Below are positions 21,572-32,854 of a stretch of DNA of 64,000 nt, one piece after another. The DNA lies in contig AP039697.1 in NCBI GenBank assembly GCA_051599415.1, forward strand, positions 434,001-498,000, in the 5' to 3' direction. The notes under the pieces are model-generated. The model saw only the letters and a program-made list of their open reading frames with translations, searched no databases and had not been told where the DNA came from. This stretch comes from Savitreella phatthalungensis (lineage: Eukaryota). Both the position numbers and the translations under genes were made by a program. Position 1 is the first letter of the stretch. The number at the start of each line of letters is the position of its first letter.

Positions 21572-23338
21572 ATGGACGACTTTCTCAACTTGGACGAAGC
21601 TGCAGACTGTATGCCCCAGTTTTCAAGGCAGCATCCGCACGGACCTCAACTACGTCATGGGTTGGATATTGACAGTGGCTTTGGCTCGATCGCGAGTGAT
21701 GAAAATGATTCCGACATGCAGCGAGCGCTCCGAAATGGAAGCTGGCAGAATATGAGCGATAACTTCTCCAACATGCATGTCGTCAAGCAGGAGCACGGCA
21801 ACGATGGCTTTCTGCTCAATACAGCTTGGCCTGGTGCGATGCCCAACGCTGGTCATGGCCCTGAGTCCGGCATGAATATAGGGCCCATGGACCAGGACAC
21901 CATGCGCGCGTTCATGGCACAGATGCAGCAGAGACCGATGAATGCTGCCGACTCGTTTTGCCTTTCACAGATCGTACCACCATCGTTGCCGAACGAAACT
22001 TCCACTGATAGCGCCATTTCCATGAGTTCCGCCTCGATGCCGCCGCCTCCGACTGTCCCTTACGCAGCGACGCCACCAGGAATGACGCACGATATGACTC
22101 ACCCAGCCTCGAAACGTCGTGCGAGTAATGCACGGAAAGACGCCATGGCCGCTGGTGTCGCCACAACACCCATGCGAGGACCTACTAGTCAAAAGCGCAG
22201 TGCCAGCTCAAATGGTCTTACGCCTACTGCATTACCAGACATGTCCCCGATCAACATCGATCTCGGTCTCGATCCAGCAGGCGCAAAGAGGCAGGATCGC
22301 TTGATGCGCAATCGCGCTGCTGCGCTAGCTTCACGCGAACGAAAGCGAGAGCATGTGTCCAAGCTCGAGGGCACCGTGAATGGCCTCGAGCAGGACAGAT
22401 TCGAGCTTCAGAAACAGGTCATCACACTGCTCGGCGAAATCGATCGGCTCAAGAATCGCTTTGCCCTGATGGGTATTCACGAGATCGAGCGGCCAGATGT
22501 GGCAGCTATTCGACATTCGACCAGACTGGAAGATCCGAAGAGACATGGCAAGAAGGTCATTCCGACCGGCTTCTCGCCGCGTGGTGCACTAAAGAAGGAC
22601 GAGATCATTGCGAATCAGCTTGCTGCCGAGCAGCATCTACGCGACGTCACTCAGCTCATGGGTCAACAATCGAACGACATGTCAGCTACATCTTCATTGA
22701 AGCACGAGTCATCGAATGACTCGAGTATCTCAACATCGTCCTTCAACTCGGCCAACACGTCCCCTCCATCATCTGCACCTAGCCAGAGAGTTAACAGCGA
22801 TTCTCCAGCCAACGTTGGAGCAGCAAGTGCGATGGCAATCATGGTTCTGGCCTACGGCGTCGCTCTGTCAGCCTCTGTGACACCACAGCAGCTGGCAACG
22901 CTGAATATCGGTGGAATGAAGGCAGAACAGACAGTCGGAAGCTCGCCGCGTGACATCGTCGCCAACCTCTGCAGACAAGGCTTCATGCCCACCGATCACA
23001 TGGACGAAAGCCGCGCCGCGGCCATGCTCTCTTCAGACCAGTCTCGTCAAATGGCCATGACTGAAGCTGCTCAGCCACTGCGAGATTGGCTAGTGGTCGG
23101 TAACAGTGTCAGTCGAGGGCTGCAGATCCAGCTCGCTTCACGTCAGGCTAATGGACAACCTGCAAGCTTCAACCTGATCTCCGTCGATGACCACGCCACT
23201 GCTACGACAGCGGCGACAGGCCAGAGAAAGAGCAAAGCAAATCTTGCAGGCTCAACGTCTCCATCACCAAGCTGGACAGTCCTCGAATGTCAGGTGAAAT
23301 CTGCACGAAAAGTGTCAGCACCTCCCTTGCGATACTGA
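21572..23338 (+). CDS. bZIP transcription factor (Hac1/ATF6/CREB3-like basic region) with a downstream hydrophobic segment
   Basis: KRQDRLMRNRAAALASRERKREHVSKLE plus leucine heptads; TM-like VGAASAMAIMVLAYGVALSASV; first ATG at 21572. Confidence 0.85.
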   Translation: MDDFLNLDEAADCMPQFSRQHPHGPQLRHGLDIDSGFGSIASDENDSDMQRALRNGSWQNMSDNFSNMHVVKQEHGNDGFLLNTAWPGAMPNAGHGPESGMNIGPMDQDTMRAFMAQMQQRPMNAADSFCLSQIVPPSLPNETSTDSAISMSSASMPPPPTVPYAATPPGMTHDMTHPASKRRASNARKDAMAAGVATTPMRGPTSQKRSASSNGLTPTALPDMSPINIDLGLDPAGAKRQDRLMRNRAAALASRERKREHVSKLEGTVNGLEQDRFELQKQVITLLGEIDRLKNRFALMGIHEIERPDVAAIRHSTRLEDPKRHGKKVIPTGFSPRGALKKDEIIANQLAAEQHLRDVTQLMGQQSNDMSATSSLKHESSNDSSISTSSFNSANTSPPSSAPSQRVNSDSPANVGAASAMAIMVLAYGVALSASVTPQQLATLNIGGMKAEQTVGSSPRDIVANLCRQGFMPTDHMDESRAAAMLSSDQSRQMAMTEAAQPLRDWLVVGNSVSRGLQIQLASRQANGQPASFNLISVDDHATATTAATGQRKSKANLAGSTSPSPSWTVLECQVKSARKVSAPPLRY

Positions 23339-23821
23339 TCCGGTGTAAATAGCTCATCCTCCATCTTCTGCTTTCAACTGCGACGGCCCTGCTGCTTTTT
23401 GCTCTTATTTCGCGAAGCTTCAGCTTGATGAAGCCTATGTATTCATCGATCCAGCTCTAGCTAGTTCGCTCTCTCTGTACGTAGTCCATAAGTCACATCC
23501 TGAATCATAATGGCCACCCGCTTCTGGCTCTCAATCATTTACCTGAATTACTCCAGCGCAGTGCAGTGCAGCGGCTATAAAAGTCAGTAGCACAACAACA
23601 AAACATGACACTCAGTCTGCATCACTATACTCTTCCATCGAAGTACAAGGATGACAGTTGTTCCCTCCCTTTCTGAATTTTCTATCGCTCAACCGAGACG
23701 CGCTCTTGTCAAACGTAGGAGAATCGGTCTCTTTCGTTTCGCTTGTTTCTCGAAGCCTAGCTCTTCCTCCATCTTCTCGATCGACTCAACATCAGACAAC
23801 CACTCAACTCAATCAGTTGAC

Positions 23822-25899
23822 ATGTTTGACAACAAGAGTGACACTGATTCAGACGGTTAGTCTCTTGCCAAGCGATATTGTAACAAGAATGAATCACTGA
23901 CAGGTTGACAGACGACTTCTACGATCAAGTGCCCCAGTCAGGTCCTTTAGGCAGTGCCATTCGAGAAGATGCTGTCAAAGCCCTTCACACCATTATCGAG
24001 GAGCATGAAGAAGAGGAAAGAGCTGTCAGACCTCCTCTACGCCGTGTCAATGCATCACAGCAGGTGACAAGGCTGGTGCCCCGGAGCCCAATCATCACAC
24101 CTCTGTCGAGCACACACTCTCTTGGTCAAATGCAGCGAAACATGCCTTATGACTGGCCAGTCACGTCTCACTTGGCAGCGCTTTCTGCTGTCAGCTCTGA
24201 ACCAGAAGCTAGTGACACCTCAACCGTCATTCTCGCTACGGCTTGCTCGAGTCAGCGCACAGTTTTGGCCCCGCGCTCGGACGCGCACGTCCAAGAGGTA
24301 AGTCGATCAACGCGCGCGCGCACGCACCCCCAAAGAGCGACTTACTGATCGTAGAGCCACATGCCTCGTCGCCCACCACGAGCGACGCTGCGATGGTCAA
24401 GCTCCGGTGGTCGGCTCGGTCGCTGGTGGCCGCGGCGCTCGAAAGCCTTGGTCACAGCAGCAGACACAGCAGAACTTGCGGCGAGAGCAGCAACGCATGC
24501 TCCATCGCGATCGAAGATTCTGCCTCGTCGCTTATCAATCGACTCCGCGTCGCGCTTGCCCCGAGTGCCAGTAGCCAGACCAGCACTGATCCGCCGGGTG
24601 CTGACGGACACGCTTACTCCTCTGTCCGTTTCTTCATCGCCGACTCGCGAGACTCCTTCCACACCACGCGAGAAATTCGGCAAAGCGAGTCAGGCCATGC
24701 CGTCGCTACTGTCCCGGACAGGCGCGTCCGATCAGTCACGAGACTCGATGTGGCAGCATCAATTGCTCGCTTCGACGCCGCTCTTCGACATCGTCCAGTC
24801 GGGATCATGGCCCGCGAGTCTTGCTCTTCTGCCAGAGGAACGTGAGCCCATGCTCGCGGTCCTTTATCCTGGTGGTCTCGCCAAATATGCAGCCGGTCTG
24901 CTGAAAAGCCCAGAGATCATCAGCATCCGAGTGACTCCGTCGCCCTGTGACTCTCGCCTTTCCTACGTTGATACCCACAACCATTGCTCTTTTCCTTCTT
25001 GTCTCAATTCTTTTGAAGCCTCACCTGGACGCTGTCCATCACTAATCTTGCCCTCTCCACCAACCAAACAAATCATCCAGCATGATCATGCCACTGGCGA
25101 CCAGTTTCGCACAGCACCGAGCGATCATGGTTCACAGCCACGTCCTGGAATACACGAGGATGAACTACTCTGGCGACAAGTCGCGGCACGACGTGGTGAA
25201 GTCATCAAGCCTCAAATGCGTCACCTGAGTGCCCACGTTGAGGATCCTTTCGAAGACGACAATCATTGTGCAGCTGCCGAAGATCTATCAGCCGACGAGG
25301 AAGTCGCCCTGCGGAATTCGCAACTTCAGGTAGCCACACTGGCAGTTCGATCGCATCTATCTTCTGCTTCAGCTAGCATTCGTTCTGACACTCTATCCAT
25401 TCACAGTCTTCCGCATCTCCGCACGCCCAAGTTGTCGCCACTCCCCGCAGCCGACACGCCTCTCGCGGTCGGTGTCGATCGACTGATTGTCGCTGCAGCC
25501 GGACTTGCAGCGACCAGACGCACCCCTCCGATGCCACCAGCGCCATGCAACCCACCGGAAATACAGGCTCGTCGTCCATCTCGTGAGATCGTTCAGCTCG
25601 CAACCTCAGCTCCACCAGTATCGCCCACAACCACCTCGCTTTACTCGCCAGTTGAGTCTCAAGCTACCGCTGGTGTGACCACATTGTCAGCGCCTGCCGT
25701 CACCGGGGACAATGCAGATGCTGAAGCTTACTTGCGCGACCTGCTGGTTGTCGATGCCGGTCTCGAGGCCTTCAGCCGCCGCCAGCATCAGCACTCGCCG
25801 AGACGACAATCGCAAACAAACAATCACATCGGTACCGCCATTGACGAGTGGTGGCAAGTTGTCCCACCGCGTACCACTCCTGGGGATCACTTCTTGTAG
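23822..25899 (+). CDS. Hypothetical low-complexity protein, three exons (23822-23855, 23912-24297, 24355-25899), about 654 aa
   Basis: Introns GTTAGT...CACTGAC...CAG (23856-23911) and GTAAGT...TACTGAT...TAG (24298-24354) join three ORF-track segments in frame. Confidence 0.65.
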
Positions 25900-26482
25900 T
25901 CAAAATACTTCGAATCACACACCGTTGTCACAATTCTTCTCCTCTCGAATGCTCCCCGATCATACAATGACGATCGATTGATCGCTACGACACAGTATAC
26001 ACAGTCTATGTCACGGCATAAGATCCCTCATGAGAAACTGACGGTCTGTTACACAGCCAGGCCAGTATGGACTTTTCGGTGGAACTTGATCGAAAGTCGC
26101 ACTTTGAAGATCCCTCAATGTTTATGGTAACGGTGTATGGCTCGCGTCAAAAATGCAACTTTTCTCTGTCTTCTTCTTCTCCCTCCATTCTTCTTATGTC
26201 TTCGTCTATAACCAGCCCACTGATTCACTCGCCCTCGGACGGTCTCCCTCAGATGGTATCTCGGACGCGTAATGCGATCCTTTCTCCTTTTCGCCCCCTT
26301 TCTTTCTCTTCTTTTCTCTTCGGTCATTATACCCTGTAATCCCAAACCCCATGTAAGTGATCCCCAAATCCCCCCCTGAAAGGAAAAAAGAGCCCTCGGT
26401 GTTCAGTTTTTCGAAAGTTGGAAGATGGCGGTAAGAAAATGGATGGGTCGATTAGATTAACTGGACCGGTGGTATCGAATGC

Positions 26483-27958
26483 TTAGTCGAAGGAGACCTT
26501 GGTACCCTTGAACTCCTGGGCACCACCGTGCTGGCGAGCTCCGCCGGACATGCGACCTCCACGGTCGTTACCACCGAATCCACCACGGCCTCCACCGCGA
26601 CCACCGCCACGACCACCGCCGAAACCGCCTCCGCGGCCTCCACCACGACCGCCACCGAAACCACCTCCACGGCCACCACCGCGACCGCCGCCAAATCCAC
26701 CGCGGCCGCCGCCACGACCGCCCTGCTGGGAGTCGTCACGCGGCTGGGAGTAGTCTAGACGGACTGGACGACCGTTGAGGTAGTGTCCCTGGCACTCGGT
26801 CACCATCTTGGTTGCGCCTGCGACGTCGGTGAACTGAATGTAGCCGAAGCCCTTGGCCTGGCCGGTCTCACGGTCAGTCGGCAATCGGACAGAGACGATC
26901 TCGCCGCAAGTGCCAAACTCGCCGCGCACATCGTCCTCCGTCGTCTCGAAGCTCAAGTTGCCGCAGAATACGACGGGTGTCGGGTTGCTCTGAACGTCAC
27001 CGTACTTCTGCGCGCGGTCCTGGCCGGCGTTCTGCTGCGGTCGAGGGGTCGAGATGTCGAGGTTGACAGGCCGGCCGTCGATTTCCTTGCCCTGGAAGTT
27101 CTCGACGCACTTCTTTGCCTCCTCGGCGGACGAGAACTCGACGTAGCCGAAGCCCTTGGATCGACCGGTCGCACGGTCAGTCACGACTCGCGCAGACAAA
27201 ACGTTTCCGGCCTCCGAAAACTCCTGGCCGAGCCACGCGTCGTCGACGTTCCACGAGAGACGGCCGACAAAGACGTTGGCGGATTCTCCCTCGGCAGCCT
27301 GCTTCTTTGCAGCGGGCTCCTCAGCAGAGTCGTCAGCTTTGCGCTTCTTGTCGGCAGCTGGCTTTGTCTCTTCCTCCTCCTCATCATCGGAAGATGAGTC
27401 AGAGTCGGAGTCGGAGTCAGAATCACTGCTTGATTCGGCATCTGCTTTTGCTGCAGTATCGGCCTCTTCCTCGGAAGAATCAGAGTCAGAGTCAGAGTCG
27501 CTGTCGGAATCAGACTCAGACTCAGACTCGGCGTCCTTCTTGGCGGCAACAGCCTTCTTTGCCGCTGCTGCAGGGGCAGACTTGGCGGCGGTCGGCTCGT
27601 CGTCCTCGTCGTCAGAGGAGTCGCTGTCATCGGAATCGGAAGAGTCGCTGTCAGACTCGGGCGCTGCCTTTGCGGGAGTCTCATCGTCAGACGAGTCTGA
27701 GTCGGATTCGCTCTCTGACTCTGACTCTGACTCTGACTCTGACTCCGACTCGCTCTCTGGTTCAGGAGTCGGCTCCTTCTTCTGCTTCTTGGAAGACTTC
27801 TTGTCCGCCTTCTTGTCGCCGGCGACCTTCTTCGCTAGCTCCTTCTTTGCAGGGGTAGCTTTAGCGTCGGTCTTGCTGACTCCAGCAGCCTTCTTGGGGG
27901 TGGCTACAGCGGCAGGCGCTGCCTTTTTCGAGTCCTTTTTTGACGTTGATTTGGCCAT
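26483..27958 (-). CDS. NSR1: Nucleolin-like protein Nsr1/Gar2
   Basis: Basic and acidic Ser-rich N-terminus, two RRMs (VFVGRLSWNV, KGFGYVEF, KGFGYIQF), RGG tail ending FKGTKVSFD. Confidence 0.95.
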   Translation of the reverse strand: MAKSTSKKDSKKAAPAAVATPKKAAGVSKTDAKATPAKKELAKKVAGDKKADKKSSKKQKKEPTPEPESESESESESESESESESDSDSSDDETPAKAAPESDSDSSDSDDSDSSDDEDDEPTAAKSAPAAAAKKAVAAKKDAESESESDSDSDSDSDSDSSEEEADTAAKADAESSSDSDSDSDSDSSSDDEEEEETKPAADKKRKADDSAEEPAAKKQAAEGESANVFVGRLSWNVDDAWLGQEFSEAGNVLSARVVTDRATGRSKGFGYVEFSSAEEAKKCVENFQGKEIDGRPVNLDISTPRPQQNAGQDRAQKYGDVQSNPTPVVFCGNLSFETTEDDVRGEFGTCGEIVSVRLPTDRETGQAKGFGYIQFTDVAGATKMVTECQGHYLNGRPVRLDYSQPRDDSQQGGRGGGRGGFGGGRGGGRGGGFGGGRGGGRGGGFGGGRGGGRGGGRGGFGGNDRGGRMSGGARQHGGAQEFKGTKVSFD

Positions 27959-28654
27959 ATTATTGATGGACTACGATTATCGAGCTATCTCGTGTGACCA
28001 GTGGCTTAAGTAGTTGTAGCGCGTGTGCCTGGGAGGGTATCGGTGTGCGTGTGTGTGTGCCTGTGGTGAGAGGTTTAGTGACCGAGAGAGGAGCTCTCTG
28101 TACCTTGAATCATGAATTGATCTCTCTAGCTATGATCTCGTATGTATGAATTTGACCTCGATCAGATATGAAGAATTTATTTTTTCTTTCAATAGCTGTG
28201 ATCTACTACAGTCTCATTCATGTCCTGTGCCTGCATCTGCTTCTGCTTCTGCTTCTGGCTTTGCTGATTGTGCTTCTGCTTCTATTTCTGATTGTGCTGA
28301 TACTTGTTGTACTGTGACTAACTATGCCTGCGTGTAGCCAATATACAGTCACAATTTCGGTATAATTTACTAGAGTAGAGTCATTTGATCAACCAATGAT
28401 TCTTATTTTTCGAATTCCACAGACTACATACTTGACATAATGTTAATTAAATTTACATGCAAATATGCATAACAATTTTGAAGGACTGCACGTGTTTGTT
28501 ATGGAATCTCATCTGGCCTGGCTGCTGCAGAACGACCAAGACTGGACTGGCTTGCCACTGACATCGGACCTGAGCTACAGATCTGACTTCTGCACGAAGA
28601 CGACGGTGATTGCTTGAATAACACCGAATCAGAAATCACACCGATCACGCAGAA

Positions 28655-28699
28655 GGTGATGAAGTTCGGTGATGAAGTTCGGTGATGAAGTTCGGTGAT
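28655..28699. repeat. 13-bp tandem repeat GGTGATGAAGTTC, about 3.5 copies
   Basis: Units start at 28655, 28668 and 28681, with a partial unit at 28694. Confidence 0.9.
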
Positions 28700-29499
28700 T
28701 GATGTCAGCGGTTGCTCCATCCTGACAACTAGCAACTCAATACATTCCACCGCCTCATTGCCTGCTCAATACTGACTCAGGGTTACCAAATACGCCTTTC
28801 TGACTATTCATCACCACACACACTACCAGTGACAGGTGAATAGGACACAGGGGGACTGCAAACCTGAGCTGGCTCGCAACCAAACGCCGTTCTGCTCGCC
28901 TGTGAATGTCTTCGCGATTGATTGCGAAGGTTCTTCACATCCAGTGTTCGTGCATCCTTGCCCATATGGATGGCAGAAGGTCCATCTCCACCTCACCCTA
29001 TGCCGGTCCGCTTCTTCTGGCTAATCATACGCCGTAAATTTGCCGGAAAACTTGCCCTCATCGATCCTGCTCCACGCCAAAACTGAGATGAGGTTCCCAC
29101 GATGCACGCCCAAAAAGGATCTTACTAGAAGAAACCACCTACCTGGTGACCAATCCCCATATCACTGCTGTCCAGCGCTGATCGCACCTTGTCCTATCTC
29201 AGTACGACAGATGTAGACAGGTTACTACAGTCTCCGGCGACGACAGGCGACTATCACATAGCGACTTTGAAGGACTACAGCCGGCCGAGTGCGTCAGGCA
29301 ACATCAAGCTACTTCAGGCCACAAGCGAACACAGATCACAGTGAACTGCATGTCAACATAGTGTTTGACTGGGTCCTCGACCGCAGGAAAAAGAAGCCGC
29401 TCGATACAGCGTGGGCAGTCAATGTCCTGCCCGTTCACCGAGCGACCTCCTCTTCTAGCTTGCTTCTCAGGTGAGCTCAGCAGACGCCTGTGAGGAAGC

Positions 29500-29966
29500 G
29501 TCTTCAAAGCCCATCGCTATACCGCGACTTCTGACAAGTTTGCCATCAACCGATGCCAGAATAACCAAAATGAATCGAAAGTAGCGCGGAGGCAAATGAG
29601 CTCTCAGGGATCGAACTTGCTGTCGTAGGGTCGCTCTACAAGGCATGAGCCCCAGCGCTGATGAGAGCTGTTCTGCGCCTACGGGACTGTCAGATTGACC
29701 TTACCGATGTTCATAGTCCTCAAATCTGCAACACTTTCATACTCACCGTTCTGGAAGATGCGCCCGATAAACTAGAAATGGATCATGATCAACCGGAACA
29801 TGCGTGCCGATAGACAAGTCTCTCGGTCTTCGCCTTTGTAAGTTGAAGCGAGGTTAACACTGAGAAAACCCGACACGAGACCAACGACACAACTTATCAA
29901 TAGCACGATAACATACGCGAGAGCCATGATTATGACCCTGACTGGATTTGAAGCGGGCTTCGACAT
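29500..29966 (-). pseudogene. Decayed paralogue of the orphan membrane-protein gene at 32855
   Basis: A TM segment followed by ETCLSARMF matches DCPCLTVRLI. A downstream shifted frame reads FDP*ELICLRATFDSFWLFWHRLMANLSEV, matching FDFIEVECVQMSSASPTTFWYLLRSKLSAI. Contains stops and a frameshift; ends approximate. Confidence 0.45.
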
Positions 29967-31040
29967 TGGGTCGCTATCCGCTTCTTTAGAAGGTATTCGA
30001 GGTCATGTAATCTCGGCTCAATCGCCGCCTCTGTCCATATGCATTGCAGTTGGACGACGATATGATTTCACAGTCGATCGATCTCATGAGTTCTGGTGCA
30101 TCATACAAGAGATCTGCTCAGACCGTCACGTGCCACAGAAAGACTATCAGTGCTCCAGATGTGTGAATTTATACAGATCATCTCGAGGCGCAACATCCTG
30201 GTCACTGTCGGCCTCCAAACACTAGCCATCTCGACGGAAAGGCATGGAATTACCGTGCAGGGTATCGAGCGGTTTTCGAGCCGAACGATAACCTGATCAA
30301 GAGCCGCTGAGTGTGCGCTCGTGACTTCACTCGCTTGTCAAGCTCATGTAGCACATTCACAATCTGGAAGTCAGGAAAGACAGAAAAGGGCTTCAGTCGC
30401 ACCAGGAAGATCGACATCCCATACTCGGTTCAGCTCGGCTGGCAGTAGTCCGCTGTACTGCCGTTTGACGGATTCTTAGAACCCATCCAGATGTTGCATC
30501 TTGCTCTGGACGAGCACATGCAGCCACGGCTGGGTTGTTTGCTTGCCTGTGAGTCTTTCGACCATGGACCATGGTACGTTTAGGCCACGTGCGCCAGCAT
30601 AGGCGTGATATACTTGTGAGGCGCTAGCAGTGGTTCAGACCCGACCATGGCTTGCTTCCATGAAAGTCGTCAATCGTTCTCTTACTGGCGGCGTGAGCGA
30701 TGTCTCAGGACTGCCTCAGCAATAGGCACCTCACAGTACTCCGCCAGGTCGATAGGACTTGGCTCATCTATCTTCTCGTCCGCAAGGCGCAGACATGCAC
30801 GCTTATTTTCGCCAAAGGTAAAGCTTGACGAGCACATCCGTCGAGACCCTGCCGTGCGGAAAAGCTGATACCTATAGTCGAGGATCAGAACCACAAGAAA
30901 TTATCCGCGATCACAGACTAAGGAGATTCGATTTTTTGTACGTTGACATCAGATGGTATGAATATTGCAAGTCCCGGCAAGAGATACTGCTAAAGATGAC
31001 CGAGCTGGAACGTGGAGGTCAAGCAGACAGGGAAAATCGC

Positions 31041-32174
31041 TCAGGTAAAGTCGGTGGCGACGCGAGAGATATCGCTCGTACCTTCCACATTGGCGACCAC
31101 GAGATGTGGTCCAGCAGGATGAATATCGGACCACGACCAGAGCCGATCGTCGTAGGGCTTTCTTCGCACTGCACCGCGAAATATTTCGTTCGACCTGACA
31201 GGCTGACCAAAATAGAAGAACTCTTGAGATTTTGCTTTCGGTGTGCTTCTTCTGTCGCTTCGACACAGTTCAGAAGAGCGCCCGATCCTCTCGCTATACG
31301 GAGGCGGTAGCTCATCGATAGCTTTGCTAGCCAGGAATACAAGCACATCATCATATTGATCGACCCAGTTACCTGTGAAGCCGACCTTGACCATTTGCGC
31401 TGCAAAATCTTGGTACGACCCCGTGATATCAGGAAAATGCTCGGAGGCCTTCTTGAGCTTGGACGTCTCCAAACAGATGCATGTGTCCGGACACATGCTT
31501 GACGATACACTGACTCGCACCACCACAAACGGCTTGACCATTGTCGATGGCGGCAGAGTGATACCGATCAGCTGAGCGAGCCACGAAGAGCTCGATGCGT
31601 CGTCATGGAACGGCTGATTAACAGGATTGAGCCGATCTTGCTCGGCCGACGATGACGGAGGAACGGGTTCGCTTCGCAGAATAAAGCTGTCATAGCCGAT
31701 GATCGCTGTTAGACGTCGACCTCGATCCTGAAAGAGACAGACTTCGTGGCTGCCCTGAGTGAGGGCCTCGGATGCACGCGTTGGTTGTGAGTATCGTAAA
31801 ACTTGCTTGCGCTCGGGTCCGCGATAACTACGTCTGTCGCAGATGAGCTCGGGCGTGTGTCGGTCCACCAAACGAGAGTTGATATCGATGGTCCCGATAT
31901 CTAGAGGCGAGCCGATGAGATGGCTGTCAGCATCGAGGACTTGTCCATGTTGAACGCAAACGCCTCCATCATCAGTTTGCGACCCATCCGGATTGGCTTG
32001 GGCAAGGCTGATGCGGAGCTCACAGGTGTGCATGGTGGGATCGAGTAAGATTGGTCCAAGCATCGCCGATATCGAGAAATGACAAGAAATCGCTTGTAGA
32101 GGGAAAGGTACAGCTCCGCCCGTACCCAACTCGACTCCATTCGCTTCGCAGAACTGAACGTTCAGCCTGCCCAT
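31041..32174 (-). CDS. Hypothetical orphan protein (about 377 aa) with a PPPY motif
   Basis: Within the 476-aa ORF. The ATG at 32174 (MGRLNVQFC) lies about 70 bp downstream of a minus-strand TATAAATA. Confidence 0.55.
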   Translation of the reverse strand: MGRLNVQFCEANGVELGTGGAVPFPLQAISCHFSISAMLGPILLDPTMHTCELRISLAQANPDGSQTDDGGVCVQHGQVLDADSHLIGSPLDIGTIDINSRLVDRHTPELICDRRSYRGPERKQVLRYSQPTRASEALTQGSHEVCLFQDRGRRLTAIIGYDSFILRSEPVPPSSSAEQDRLNPVNQPFHDDASSSSWLAQLIGITLPPSTMVKPFVVVRVSVSSSMCPDTCICLETSKLKKASEHFPDITGSYQDFAAQMVKVGFTGNWVDQYDDVLVFLASKAIDELPPPYSERIGRSSELCRSDRRSTPKAKSQEFFYFGQPVRSNEIFRGAVRRKPYDDRLWSWSDIHPAGPHLVVANVEGTSDISRVATDFT

Positions 32175-32619
32175 GATGAAAGTGTCTCCAAAGACAAGTG
32201 CAGGAAAAGACGTTTGCTGTTTGTGTAGCGAAACAAGGGTACCCGTATATTTATAACAGGTAGATCGGTGAGGGGAATGGTTTTGCACGCGTGCGTTAGA
32301 TCCTACTGAACTGAGAAACAAGGTCAGACGCTTCAGTCGAACGGGGAACTTGGGCTGATTCAAAGGGCCTTTTCGGAACACATGCATATGCATGCATTTG
32401 CCAAATGGCTTGCTTGAGTGGAAGCACTCAACTAATTTATTTTTAGCGCGGCAGAAGCTCAAGTGTGGCACCCGTTTACGTGTGATTCTCTCTTGAACTA
32501 ATTTGAGAGCTGGATAAGGAGCAAGCTCGGTAGAGGGAAAGAGAGGTGCGTATGTGCCTAAACCCGCACACTCACATCATACGCTCACTGTGCTCGTTCA
32601 CAGTCAAACACACTTCCAC

Positions 32620-32720
32620 CACACGCAGACTCACACACAGACATAGACTCACACACAGACACAGACTCACACACAGACACAGAGTCACACACAGACACAG
32701 ATCTAGACATAGACATAGAC
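32620..32720. repeat. 18-bp CA-rich minisatellite (CACACACAGACAYAGAST-like), about 4-5 copies
   Basis: Visible tandem array; translates to THRHRL repeats in a spurious ORF. Confidence 0.8.
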
Positions 32721-32854
32721 AGTGTTCGTCAGACGCTCACTGTCACAGAACTCACTGTCACGGAAGCACAGTCTTACGCCTACAGTCAACTGTGTTTGAA
32801 TTGCCAAATAAACGACTTGGCAATACTCACAAACCTCTAGAGACACTCAGCAAA

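Noticed and set aside
22440..22700. Ire1-type unconventional intron after the bZIP
   Set aside because: One small hairpin (TGCTG-CCGAG-CAGCA), but I found no pair of 7-nt CNGNNG loops by eye. Not fully excluded.
21572..23338. bZIP next to the iron genes as HapX
   Set aside because: No Hap4-like domain or Cys-rich clusters, and the basic region is UPR-type rather than Yap-type.
26499..28013. Plus-strand Pro-rich and Ser/Glu-rich ORFs over NSR1
   Set aside because: Antisense shadows of the RGG and acidic repeats.
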